A stretch of 64,000 bases of DNA from Thermoplasmata archaeon (GTDB taxonomy: Archaea > Thermoplasmatota > Thermoplasmata > GCA-020350865). The DNA lies in contig CP070751.1 of the NCBI GenBank assembly GCA_020348445.1, positions 4,985,087-5,049,086 of the forward strand, given 5' to 3'. Made by a program: the position numbers and the translations under genes. Below the pieces are notes generated by a model. The model did not search any database. It was not told the DNA's origin and saw nothing but the letters and a program-made list of their open reading frames with translations. Below, one piece after another: positions 1-9,688 of the stretch (position 1 is the first letter of the stretch; each line of letters opens with the position of its first letter).

Positions 1-75
1 AGCCGTCTTTTTCAATGTATACAAAACAATGTTCTTTGACCGTCTGGAATTGGTAATCGTCTTGGGCTTTGGCAT
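1..75 (-). CDS. Partial CDS (N-terminus only, runs off the window start), unknown product
   Basis: ATG at 75 opens MPKPKTITNSRRSKNIVLYTLKKTA..., with no stop before position 1; co-oriented with the following minus-strand genes. Confidence 0.35.
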   Translation of the reverse strand, partial: MPKPKTITNSRRSKNIVLYTLKKTA

Positions 76-168
76 TAATATTTTCTTGGGGGATGGGTGC
101 CGATTGTAAAATAATTAAGAAGAATACAAAGATACTTAATAAGGCAAATAATGTAACTTTGTTGTACT

Positions 169-546
169 TCACCATTTTGGTTTTTCCTCCAGCTCGTAAA
201 CTAAATCACAGTAACCACATTTTACTATCACCCCTCCCGAAATAATGCCAAGATCCCTTTCAGATAACTTTGCACCGCAACCTTTACATTTGAGGTTCTT
301 GATAACTTTTTCACCTGAGAGATCTACTTTGACTGTCTGACTTACGAGTTTTGGTTGCACGGCCTTTGCATAATCAATTCTATAGATTATCAGGAAGAAT
401 CCGCAGCCAATTATGATCATTATTATTCCGATTGCTATATTCATTACTTCTCCCGAGCTTCCCATAAGGAAAATTAAACCAAGAAGCAGTAAAATGATGC
501 CGAGAAAAACAAGTACAAATCTATAGGAAGAATTCATGATACACAA
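169..546 (-). CDS. Two-TM membrane protein with C-terminal zinc ribbon
   Basis: Two hydrophobic N-terminal segments followed by CKGCG...CGYCD. Confidence 0.8.
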   Translation of the reverse strand: MCIMNSSYRFVLVFLGIILLLLGLIFLMGSSGEVMNIAIGIIMIIIGCGFFLIIYRIDYAKAVQPKLVSQTVKVDLSGEKVIKNLKCKGCGAKLSERDLGIISGGVIVKCGYCDLVYELEEKPKW

Positions 547-594
547 AATAGCAAAGTCGTATTTATATATTTATACGACAAACACCCAAGATTT

Positions 595-933
595 TTATAG
601 ATAGAACTTTCGTACAAATACGAGATCAACTAATAGGATTATGCACAATATTCCACCAAGATAGCTTTCTATGTTTACATTTACCCAATCCAATATAAAG
701 ATTATTGTTCCAATAACTCCAATAATGAGAGCTGCAACCCATGCGACTCTTTTAAGAAGATACAGGCCCAAGGCTGTGACCATGGAAGCTAGGGCAAGAA
801 ACAATGGTAATAATGCGATCATGATACCGTCTTCGAGTACATACAGTATGCCCGGTATTGCAAACAAAACGCCTATTGCAATCATAAGAAGTGTAACGTA
901 TTTTACACCCTTTGCTCTCGGTCCGAGGCTCAA
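595..933 (-). CDS. Small multi-pass (about 4 TM) hypothetical membrane protein
   Basis: Hydrophobic throughout; GGTGA SD-like motif upstream of a TTG start. Confidence 0.75.
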   Translation of the reverse strand: MSLGPRAKGVKYVTLLMIAIGVLFAIPGILYVLEDGIMIALLPLFLALASMVTALGLYLLKRVAWVAALIIGVIGTIIFILDWVNVNIESYLGGILCIILLVDLVFVRKFYL

Positions 934-1044
934 GTTATGATCACCTTTAATTTCCTTTATCGAAGATATACGAATATAGGAATTACATTTAAGCTTAAAT
1001 TAATTTCCTTGAAGGTTTTTGCCTTACTGCATCCGAATCCGCGA

Positions 1045-1099
1045 AAGACCTAATTCTCTGTTACATCATAATATCCAAAGATGAAAAGATAGAGAAAAA
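1045..1099 (+). pseudogene. Displaced 5' fragment homologous to the start of the downstream Tsr3/DUF367-like gene
   Basis: 28-bp exact match 1045-1072 = 1864-1891; ungapped homology continues to ~1099/1918. Reads DLILCYIIISKDEKIEKK vs DLILCYIIISRDEKIEKK. No in-frame start codon. Confidence 0.8.
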
Positions 1100-1140
1100 G
1101 TTACAATTATTATTTTATAAATCATTATTGTATACATAAG

Positions 1141-1184
1141 TTATATAAACCTGTAAACATATATGTAAACATTGGTGTAAACAT
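1141..1184 (+). promoter_or_regulatory. TA operon promoter: TATA box plus three TGTAAACAT direct repeats (probable antitoxin operator)
   Basis: TTATATAAA at 1141-1149; TGTAAACAT at 1152, 1164 and 1176 (12-bp period), the last overlapping the antitoxin ATG. Confidence 0.7.
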
Positions 1185-1398
1185 GAGCGTAACCATTTCC
1201 ATAAGAGTCGATGAAAAAATTAAAGAAAGCATTGAAGAAATGGGATACAAACCTGGGGAATACCTCAAAGAAATCCTTATTAGGGAGTTGAAGAAGGAAC
1301 GCGCAAGAAACACACTATCTTGGCTTAAAACACATAGATTGAAAACAAAGGGAAAGTCCACTGAAAAACAGATTCGGGAGGATAGGGAGTCGCGATGA
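1183..1398 (+). CDS. vapB: Antitoxin, ribbon-helix-helix/CopG-like (VapB-type)
   Basis: 71 aa; N-terminal beta strand VTISIRVD followed by helices; ATGA overlap with the PIN gene. Confidence 0.8.
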   Translation: MSVTISIRVDEKIKESIEEMGYKPGEYLKEILIRELKKERARNTLSWLKTHRLKTKGKSTEKQIREDRESR

Positions 1399-1814
1399 AA
1401 TTAGTTCTGGATTCATCTGTGATCGCCAAACTCTTCTTTAAAGAGGCAGGATCAGATTCTGCAATAAAGCTCATGGAAATTGGCGATGAAAAGGATATCG
1501 AATTTTTGGCATCGGATTTGGTAATCTATGAGGTGGGCAATACCATCTGGAAAAATCTAAGAAGAAAGAATAAGGACGGAGGCAGATACATCAAATTGCT
1601 TTTTTTGTTGAACATCGATTTTATATCTATTGATGATAGTTTGGCTTCTGAAGCGCTAGATGTAGCACAAAGATATAATATCACATATTATGATGGAGTT
1701 CATATGGTAGTAGGTAAGAAAAACAAAGCTACTTTGGTGACGCAGGATAAAGTACTTTTAAAGAAATTTAAATCCACCTCATCTATTAAAGAAGTTTTAG
1801 AAAGAATTGAATAA
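1395..1814 (+). CDS. vapC: PIN-domain ribonuclease toxin (VapC-type)
   Basis: VLDSSV, YEVGN, ITYYD and LVTQDK motifs supply the acidic PIN tetrad. Confidence 0.9.
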   Translation: MKLVLDSSVIAKLFFKEAGSDSAIKLMEIGDEKDIEFLASDLVIYEVGNTIWKNLRRKNKDGGRYIKLLFLLNIDFISIDDSLASEALDVAQRYNITYYDGVHMVVGKKNKATLVTQDKVLLKKFKSTSSIKEVLERIE

Positions 1815-1826
1815 TCAGTACGATAT

Positions 1827-2351
1827 ATGTGCCCTCACATGTCCCACAACCACAGTCCGAAAGAAGACCTAATTCTCTGTTACATCATAATCTCGCGTGA
1901 TGAAAAGATCGAGAAAAAATGTACACTATATCCTCTACGCGGAAGGCCGGATTTCTCCTTTCGGACCAGGAAGAATCCAGGGGAGTTCACATCCAACGTT
2001 ATCCTGCTATTCCCCGATGGAGAGCCACTTACAAATGTGCTGGTAAATGAAATAAAAGAACAATTAAAAGCCGCTCCCTACGAGAGTGGTAAAATAGAAC
2101 TAGGTATCGTGCTTGTGGATTCACGCTGGAAGAAAACAAAAGGAATCCTTGAATCGCTCCCACCCCTGAGGATGGTATCCCTAAAGGGATTCATCACCGG
2201 GGCTAAAAGAAAGGACCCACCCCCACTCGGGGGACTTGCAAGTGTGGAGGCCCTCTATTTAACCTCACTTCTTTTTGGAAAAACAGATCCTACCTTACTT
2301 TCCAATTACCACTTTCGGGAGCGTTTTTTAAAGCTCAATGAGCTAATATAA
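1827..2351 (+). CDS. Tsr3/DUF367-like aminocarboxypropyltransferase-family protein (divergent)
   Basis: EKKCTLYPLR, LVDSRWKK and GLASVEAL motifs resemble Tsr3/DUF367. Confidence 0.55.
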   Translation: MCPHMSHNHSPKEDLILCYIIISRDEKIEKKCTLYPLRGRPDFSFRTRKNPGEFTSNVILLFPDGEPLTNVLVNEIKEQLKAAPYESGKIELGIVLVDSRWKKTKGILESLPPLRMVSLKGFITGAKRKDPPPLGGLASVEALYLTSLLFGKTDPTLLSNYHFRERFLKLNELI

Positions 2352-2356
2352 TCTGT

Positions 2357-3670
2357 TCACCTGAGCCATGCGAAATCAGTGCCATCCGAGGCGGCATGAA
2401 CAATCACCACTATCACCGTGAGAATAGTCAACAGCAGATGCAACCTTCTCCAATTATCTGCACCCCAACGAGCAATCAATGATTTCTGATACAATCCTAC
2501 AAAACCCAGTGCACCGAGAACAAAGAAGGCAAAAGAGCCGAAGGCCAAGCCTCTCAATGTGGTGGCATGGGGGCTGAAGGGTAGTAGCATTCCATGAACA
2601 AATGAGAGGAGTATAAGAACAAACGAGATTCTGCAGTGCCAACTGGTCCTATTCCCTGCACCTTTCAAAACACCCTCGATTCGAATGCGCATCGGTTTGT
2701 ACAATCCACTCAATACAATGGAAACAATAAGAACCACTGCCGAGATGATACCAGTTGTCCTCTCGATATCGATTATGGAGATGGCCTGCTCCCATTCACG
2801 TTCAGGTGGATTGTAAACATACCTATCACCAACCTCCAATTCTGAAGAGGCGTCATATGTGTACAGCTCACTGTCTGGATGAGAAGGGTCATCATGGTCA
2901 TGATGTGCAGTTCCACTGACGATCACCAAGACGGTGTTACCACCCTTAGCAATTGACCTAAGAGACCAGGAAAAGGTATGCTCATCCCCTGGCCCCAGAT
3001 CAGGACCGCTTTGCCTGCTTTTTTCTAGGTCGTATTGGACATCAATTGTGATTGAAAACGAAATGCTGGGGGTACCTACAATATAGTGCACCTCAGCCCT
3101 ATAGTCCCCATAACCTGCCTCTCTCAGATCATCTGCATCAAGAGTGAGCTCAGGATTGGCACCAGCACCTCCTACCGCCCAAGCAGTGTCGCCATCGGGA
3201 CTGTAAACATTGAGATCGATATTGTTAACTTCAAAGGGCCCTTCGTCGCCATCTACCTTTATAGTGGCCTCAGTGGCGTTGTCCTCAACAGGGAAAAGGA
3301 AGGTATCTGAGTTCGAAGAAAGGCTCACCGAACTGGATTCCTCCATATGGTATGGCTCAGTTGTTTCAGTTGTAAATTCCAAATTGGGAGCCTTTGAAAG
3401 ATCCAGTAGGGCAGAAAGACCCAAAACATCGTGCTTCCACTCGTCGCGAACAATGACCTTGTACTCGAATTCGTAATTATCAGGCACCTCAGAGGGGGCG
3501 TCAATTGTGAGGGTAAATGCTTCAAAATCCTCATGGCCCTCGTCACCTTCCTCGCATTCCTCCTCACCTTTTTCGCCTTCAGGGATAGCAAGGAGAATTC
3601 CCATTGCTATAACGTGAACCACTAAGACTGTGATGATAACTGTGTAGAACTTGTTTTGGTTCTTCTTCAT
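2357..3670 (-). CDS. Membrane protein: N-terminal TM, large acidic extracellular beta-rich region, C-terminal ferric-reductase/cytochrome b-like TM domain
   Basis: Two His pairs 14 residues apart in TM helices (WHCRISF...VH and RLHLLL...VH). Confidence 0.7.
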   Translation of the reverse strand: MKKNQNKFYTVIITVLVVHVIAMGILLAIPEGEKGEEECEEGDEGHEDFEAFTLTIDAPSEVPDNYEFEYKVIVRDEWKHDVLGLSALLDLSKAPNLEFTTETTEPYHMEESSSVSLSSNSDTFLFPVEDNATEATIKVDGDEGPFEVNNIDLNVYSPDGDTAWAVGGAGANPELTLDADDLREAGYGDYRAEVHYIVGTPSISFSITIDVQYDLEKSRQSGPDLGPGDEHTFSWSLRSIAKGGNTVLVIVSGTAHHDHDDPSHPDSELYTYDASSELEVGDRYVYNPPEREWEQAISIIDIERTTGIISAVVLIVSIVLSGLYKPMRIRIEGVLKGAGNRTSWHCRISFVLILLSFVHGMLLPFSPHATTLRGLAFGSFAFFVLGALGFVGLYQKSLIARWGADNWRRLHLLLTILTVIVVIVHAASDGTDFAWLR

Positions 3671-3812
3671 ATAGATTGTGAAGTTATTGGATTTATTTAA
3701 AGATATTCATTATTCTCAAGGTCTAAAACTCATGTATATGGCAGTCTGCTCACGAACCTTAAAACAACCCAATTCTTAAACTTCCAAAAAAGGAGACAGA
3801 TTTGTTAAAAGA

Positions 3813-4052
3813 TTAGCGATATTTTCTATTTTTATCAAGGAGTCTTAAGATATCCTCTGATGTTCTTTCCTCCATGACCCCTTGGTCAACAAGAGATCTA
3901 ACATAGTCTTTTGCTTCTGCAAGTGATCCCCGAGAACCTTTGGTGATGAGATTGGCGACAAATGCATTGGTGAAATCCTCATTCATAGAGGACTCTTCTA
4001 AAATCTGTCTAAGAAGATATTCGAAACTGATTCTGGACCTCAGATTCAGCAT
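3813..4052 (-). CDS. Small helical hypothetical protein
   Basis: ORF 3813..4136; GAGG SD-like motif before the ATG at 4052 (MLNLRSRISFEY...) suggests the shorter start. Confidence 0.7.
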   Translation of the reverse strand: MLNLRSRISFEYLLRQILEESSMNEDFTNAFVANLITKGSRGSLAEAKDYVRSLVDQGVMEERTSEDILRLLDKNRKYR

Positions 4053-4378
4053 TGCCTCTTTCTCATGATTCTGTCTGTACTTGTTCCTTCTTTGGGCCTT
4101 TGAAGGCCCAGATCGTCTGTTGGCCAAATCAAACACTCCGTTTTTGTCCTACCCAAATAGTAAAACAAGATACTATGTCTCATCATCTCAGGCAAGCAGG
4201 ATAAAGAACGGCAAAACATAAGGAGTCTGTCCTTCGATATCCATTATGATTGTTCTTTTATCTGGGAATGACAAAAACCCAAGCAGTTCATAATACTTAA
4301 GCCTTGTTATATAAAAATCCAGTTAAGTGAAAAAATCCAAGAAAGGAGGAATATATAGTCATGCATGAAAATCCTTTA

Positions 4379-7300
4379 TTATAAATTGATCTGTCCCGAC
4401 ACTCCGCAGGAAGGACATTTTATTGTGTTTGGTCCCTTTTTAAGGTTTATCTTGAAGGCATTTTTGCACTTAGGGCATCTGATGGTCTTGGTGAAAGTGG
4501 GCTCTGTCTCGGTTGGAACAGGAGGTGGTGGTGCAGGGGGAGGAGGTGGTGCTGCCACGGGGGGAGGAGGCTGACTGATAGGTTGCGGTTGTTCAACTTG
4601 CGGAGTCACAACAGGTGCAGCTACTTCTGCGGGAGGTACAGGCGGTGCTGCTGAGACTTCTTGTGCAACAGGTGCTACGGCTGGGATCACAGGTGGTATA
4701 ACCTCGGTTTTCTTCTTTTTCCTTGTTAGAAGCATCACCACAAGAAGCACAACAAGGACGATGATGATCACCAAAAGAAGAAGATACATCATCATTTTGT
4801 CGCCTTCATCTGCATCATTTGTTGTTGTTCCATTATCTTTCTCACCGTCATCTTCTTCATTGGGATCTGATCCTGCTTGCTGCTCCTGTAGATTTGTTAA
4901 ACCGTCATTATCGGGATCATCCTCAGGCCCGTAATTTAAATTGCCGAAATGCTCCTGCTCCCAGCTGTCGAGCAGTCCATCTGAATCGCTGTCTTCTTCA
5001 TCTACCTCGATTGTTATGTTGATCATATCCTGACCTGTGCCATCGTCTTTGTCGGTCACTGTCAAAGTCACGGGATAATCTCCTGGCTCATCGTATGTAT
5101 AAGTCGGGGATTCGGAAGAGGAGGTTTGACCGTCCCCGAAATCCCATAAAAAGGAGAGAGACGATGCTGAATCTTCGGAATCTGAAACAGTGGCTGAAAA
5201 CGATACTGTCAGATCATTCTGATTCTCTGATGTATCGATATTCACGGTGGGAATGTTGTTTTTGATGTCCAATGCATTGTATTTGTACATCAAATAACTT
5301 GAATCATCACCATCACTGAAGCTCACTCGGAAGCTGTAATCCCCTAAATCAGCATCTTTCGGAGGAGATAACTCAACCTGCCACTGCCCACTGATGTACA
5401 TTGGTGTGCCAAGATAGGAGGTATCCCAGAAAAATTCATCTAGGGAGTACTCGAACGTGGGAATGAGATCATCCTCATCCTTTTCGTCGTCCTGAGCATT
5501 GGCATAAAGGTATATCACATCTTCTCGAAAGACCTCAGTATCAGATAAGCTAAGATCCAATACACTTGGGATGTTGTTTTTTACCTCAAGGCTCTCGTTG
5601 AGATAATACCAGTTGCTGTAATCACTATCCGAATCCAGGAGCCTTACCCTGAAATCATAGTCCCCGATCGCAAAAGTGGTAGAAGGTGTAAAGCTCACCT
5701 CGAAGCGGTTGTTCGAATAACTGTAGCTTGCGCCTGAAAGATCGTTCCACGTGGAAGAACTGGAGGGTTTATACTGGAATGTAGACGTCATATCAGAAGG
5801 TAAGTTCTCTAAATCGGAACCCGTGGCATAGATAACAACTGACTCGGTTCTGTAGATCTGAGAGGATGTAACATCTATCGTGTCCACGGAGGGTAAGCTG
5901 TTTTGCACTGTTATTATTCCCGATAGAACAAGCCAATTAGAAAAACCACCGTTGGAATCATAAAATCCTACCCTGAACTCATAATCACCCAATGTCATAT
6001 CAAAGGGAGGGGAGAATTCGATTCTCCATTGCTCATTAATGTATGTCTTTCCCGAAAAAGAGGTGTTATACCAGGAGCCACTTCCTGCGATTCGATAGTA
6101 AAATTCTGTTTTTAAACTATTCTCGGGATCCTCGATGTCAGATCCATTTGCATAGATGTAAAGCGAGGAGCCTCGAACGACCTCAAAGCCAGAGGAGGAT
6201 ATGCTATCAGCCTGTGGAAGATTGTTGTTCACGACAACGCTTTGGTTTTCATAGATCCATTCACTAAAACTCAAGGCAGAATCGTTGAATCTAATCCTGA
6301 AATCGTAGGTGCTCAACAAAGCATTTGCCGAGGGAGTGAAATTTATTCTCCACTGGCCCCCTACATAGACGGGCTCAAAGAGATAGTTTGTGGTCCAGAT
6401 CGTACTTCCTGATTCCTTGCACTCAAAGTGCGGTGTAATACCAGCTTCGGAATCCTCAACATCATCCCCGTTTGCATATATGAATATCGTCTCTGTACGA
6501 AGCACATTTGAGGAGGATATGAGAATATTGGTAGTGGTTGGAGCGTTGTTTTTTACCTCAACACCATCATAGACATATATGAAGTCACTTAAATCTCCTG
6601 CAGTATCGTTGAACCTCACCCTGAAATCATAGGTGCCCAGGACAGCATCATAAGAAGGAGAGAAGGTAATTCTCCACCGCCCTCCAGTATACGTGGGGGC
6701 AGACAGATAATCGGTTGCCCAACCAGTGCCCTCAGGATCATTGTATTCGAATACCGCATCGAGCAGATCCTCAGAATCCTCGGTATCTGTTCCATTGGCA
6801 TAAATGTAAATGGATTGTGTTCTGAATACTGTATCGCTTTCCACTATCAGGTCCAAAACTTCTGGTGGATTATTTTTCACTTCAACATTATCATAAACAT
6901 ATAAAAAGTCACTTAAATCTCCTGTTGTATCGCTGAATCTCACCCTGAAATCGTAGGTGCCCAGGGCAGCATCATAAGAAGGAGAGAAGCTAACCATCCA
7001 CTGCCCTCCGGTATACGTGGGGGCAGACAGATAATCAGTTGCCCAACCAGTGCCCTCAGGATCATTGTATTCAAATATCGCATCGAGCATATCCTCAGAA
7101 TCCTCTGTATCCATTCCATTGGCATAGATGTAAATGGATTGCGTTCTGAAGACAGAGTTACTTTCCATTGTCAGATCCAAAACCACAGGGGGATTGTTTT
7201 CCACCAAAACGCTATCGTTGGCATATACGAAGCCACTAAATGCTTCTAGGGTATTTTTGAATCTCACCCTTAAGTCGTACCAGCCCAGAGGTGCAAGAAC

Positions 7301-9688
7301 AGACGGGGAAAAGGGTATGGTCCAGTAGCCTGAAGGGGGGGATCCAAAATAAGTTGCCGGGCCCGAAAAATAAGTGGTGTTCCATATGGAGACATTGGGG
7401 TCCTGGTACTCGAAAAATGGTGTGAGTTGATCTTCTAAGTCTTGGGAATCACTGCAATTTGCGTGTATGAAGATGGTGTTGTTTCTCAGAAGGCTTTGGG
7501 GGCTTCCGCCATGGGGTGAAATATCAATGGCCACAGGCTTGGATTTTATCACGACTGTAACATTGCGGCTCTTCCAAATCACTGGACGAGACATTCCAGA
7601 TTCAGCTCCTTTTTGGGCACTCACATTATGAGGTGTTGTGTTATTTTTACCAGCCGAGGTCTGGACATATTCTGTTGCAATGATCCATTTAATCCAACCG
7701 TTGTTGCCAAATCCTGTGTTTCCGCTCCATTCTGTGACTCCAAAGAGGTCATTTACCATGACATCTGCATCGTCCACTCCAAAACCTAAAAAATCTTCCA
7801 CCTTAACATCCAGGAACCATTTGACTTTGAGGTCCGATTCAGAATCCTCAACACGGACAGAGGAGTTGTCATGGGAAGTGTTGAGGGCTATAACATGGGA
7901 GTTGCTAGTCAAGTTGAAGTCATATGAGATGGAGGAAATGGAGGAGTTGGTGATGTTCAATATTGAGTCTATGCACGTTATGCCGTACAGGTTGTTGTTG
8001 AAAGTTGAGTTGATGATCTCAATATCCCTGCTCTCTATGGAAACGATTCCACTAGCCGCATTGTCAGATACTATGTTGTCCTCAAAAATACCAGATCCTT
8101 TGAAATAATCAAAATATACGCCATCCCAATTTTGGCTGCCTGAAAAATCGTTGTTCTTAACTGTAAAACTTCCGCCATTTAACGTGAATAGATAGAAATT
8201 ATAGTCCCAGTTGTTTTTGACTTCATTATTCGTCATGGTAAGAGATATGCTATCATAAGAATCAAATATCACGCCTGGTCCAAAGTTATCGTTGAAGTTA
8301 TTGTTGTGAATCGAGCAGGTTTGGTTTTTAAACGAAACAGCATAAAGTGCATAATCACCACTTAGCACCTCGTTTCTCTCCGAAGTAAGATATAAGTTCT
8401 CGGCAGACCAGATTTCTATGCCTGATCCGCTGGTGTCGACGATCCTGTTATCTGTGATTTCTGCATATACGGTCCTGTTTCCCGGGGTATTATAGAAATA
8501 ATCAATTAATATTCCTCCTATGTTATTCCACAACTCGTTATTTCCAACGCGGTATCGGCTCTCAGCATCCTCAGCATAGGAATACATAGCTCCCCAAGTG
8601 GTGTTGGTAATATTGTTGTTATACACCTCAGCATTGATAGGGCCCCAGTTTTCCACATAAATGCCGTCGTTATTGTCCTGTATTTTGTTATGGGAGATGT
8701 TGTAAGTGATATTTGTTCCAAGTCCCATCCAGTTATTGGTGAGCCAGATACCGTAATAATTACTTGTCAAGTTGTTGTTCAGAATTGTGGCGTTGAGTGT
8801 GGCTCTGTCTCCCTCAGCTATGATAAATATCCCTTCATAACCGTTTTTTTCTATGTTGTTGTCGTTTATCGTGGCTATGATATCCTCCAAACCCGAGAAT
8901 ATGAAGATACCGTTTTCTGTATTATTTATTATATCGTTACCAGATAAAGTGGCTGTGATTGAGCCGATATCTGAACTGATATCAATACCGCCGAATCCTC
9001 CACGGTTGTCCATGATAACATTATCTGTGACTGAAATGGTGAGGTCAGCAAGCACAGCCTCTATCTTGATTCCAGATTCGCTGTTATTTGAGACGTTGTT
9101 GTTTGTGAGGGTAATATCAGGATGTGTGCCATTTATACCCCAGACATTTTTCGTTATTATGTTATTGTCGATTGTGATGGGATTAACAGAATCGATATGG
9201 ATGCCTTCTTCTGCATATTCTATGTGGCAAAATTGAATTTCTCCTCCTCCGCCAGAGAAATCCAATGAGCTCCAATTCCCGGGACCAGGTGTACTGCTGT
9301 TTGAGGTGAATGTGATTCTAGAACCAAGCGTGCCCACGCAAGAAAGGGTCCCTTCAACTATTATGCTAAAGGATCCGTTGAAGTAAATGTTGCAGCCGGC
9401 TTCGATTGTCAAGGTATAACCAAAGTTCACAGTGTAATTTCCCTCGATATAATGATCTGGTACAGAGTTTGCCCATCTGACTTGAGAAAGGATTGGGTCC
9501 GCATCATTTGGCCCGTTATCCTCATCTGAGCAGCTGGCAGAACCAGTATTCCCGTGTGTGTTTCCAGATACCATAGGATATAAGGTTGGGATAACTAGCA
9601 CAACAATACTTGCAAGCAACGTAAAGGTTACGGTGAGTGTGAATATCCTCCTCAAAAGAGGCCCACTTTTTTTAGATTTAGGAGACAT
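4379..9688 (-). CDS. Large cell-surface protein: right-handed beta-helix (NosD/pectin-lyase-like), tandem Ig-like repeats, PKD domain, DxDxDG Ca-binding motifs, TM anchor, Pro-rich linker, cytoplasmic Zn ribbon
   Basis: Signal/TM N-terminus; Asn-rich parallel beta-helix repeats; WDFGDG PKD motif; DSDSDGLLD; C-terminal hydrophobic stretch; CPKC...CPSCG. Confidence 0.9.
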   Translation of the reverse strand: MSPKSKKSGPLLRRIFTLTVTFTLLASIVVLVIPTLYPMVSGNTHGNTGSASCSDEDNGPNDADPILSQVRWANSVPDHYIEGNYTVNFGYTLTIEAGCNIYFNGSFSIIVEGTLSCVGTLGSRITFTSNSSTPGPGNWSSLDFSGGGGEIQFCHIEYAEEGIHIDSVNPITIDNNIITKNVWGINGTHPDITLTNNNVSNNSESGIKIEAVLADLTISVTDNVIMDNRGGFGGIDISSDIGSITATLSGNDIINNTENGIFIFSGLEDIIATINDNNIEKNGYEGIFIIAEGDRATLNATILNNNLTSNYYGIWLTNNWMGLGTNITYNISHNKIQDNNDGIYVENWGPINAEVYNNNITNTTWGAMYSYAEDAESRYRVGNNELWNNIGGILIDYFYNTPGNRTVYAEITDNRIVDTSGSGIEIWSAENLYLTSERNEVLSGDYALYAVSFKNQTCSIHNNNFNDNFGPGVIFDSYDSISLTMTNNEVKNNWDYNFYLFTLNGGSFTVKNNDFSGSQNWDGVYFDYFKGSGIFEDNIVSDNAASGIVSIESRDIEIINSTFNNNLYGITCIDSILNITNSSISSISYDFNLTSNSHVIALNTSHDNSSVRVEDSESDLKVKWFLDVKVEDFLGFGVDDADVMVNDLFGVTEWSGNTGFGNNGWIKWIIATEYVQTSAGKNNTTPHNVSAQKGAESGMSRPVIWKSRNVTVVIKSKPVAIDISPHGGSPQSLLRNNTIFIHANCSDSQDLEDQLTPFFEYQDPNVSIWNTTYFSGPATYFGSPPSGYWTIPFSPSVLAPLGWYDLRVRFKNTLEAFSGFVYANDSVLVENNPPVVLDLTMESNSVFRTQSIYIYANGMDTEDSEDMLDAIFEYNDPEGTGWATDYLSAPTYTGGQWMVSFSPSYDAALGTYDFRVRFSDTTGDLSDFLYVYDNVEVKNNPPEVLDLIVESDTVFRTQSIYIYANGTDTEDSEDLLDAVFEYNDPEGTGWATDYLSAPTYTGGRWRITFSPSYDAVLGTYDFRVRFNDTAGDLSDFIYVYDGVEVKNNAPTTTNILISSSNVLRTETIFIYANGDDVEDSEAGITPHFECKESGSTIWTTNYLFEPVYVGGQWRINFTPSANALLSTYDFRIRFNDSALSFSEWIYENQSVVVNNNLPQADSISSSGFEVVRGSSLYIYANGSDIEDPENSLKTEFYYRIAGSGSWYNTSFSGKTYINEQWRIEFSPPFDMTLGDYEFRVGFYDSNGGFSNWLVLSGIITVQNSLPSVDTIDVTSSQIYRTESVVIYATGSDLENLPSDMTSTFQYKPSSSSTWNDLSGASYSYSNNRFEVSFTPSTTFAIGDYDFRVRLLDSDSDYSNWYYLNESLEVKNNIPSVLDLSLSDTEVFREDVIYLYANAQDDEKDEDDLIPTFEYSLDEFFWDTSYLGTPMYISGQWQVELSPPKDADLGDYSFRVSFSDGDDSSYLMYKYNALDIKNNIPTVNIDTSENQNDLTVSFSATVSDSEDSASSLSFLWDFGDGQTSSSESPTYTYDEPGDYPVTLTVTDKDDGTGQDMINITIEVDEEDSDSDGLLDSWEQEHFGNLNYGPEDDPDNDGLTNLQEQQAGSDPNEEDDGEKDNGTTTNDADEGDKMMMYLLLLVIIIVLVVLLVVMLLTRKKKKTEVIPPVIPAVAPVAQEVSAAPPVPPAEVAAPVVTPQVEQPQPISQPPPPVAAPPPPPAPPPPVPTETEPTFTKTIRCPKCKNAFKINLKKGPNTIKCPSCGVSGQINL
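6551..7198 (-). repeat. Intragenic tandem duplication, 2 x 324 bp (108 aa)
   Basis: Units 7198-6875 and 6874-6551 both start NNPP and share YNDPEGTGWATDYLSAPTYTGG, with long DNA identities at offset 324. Confidence 0.95.
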
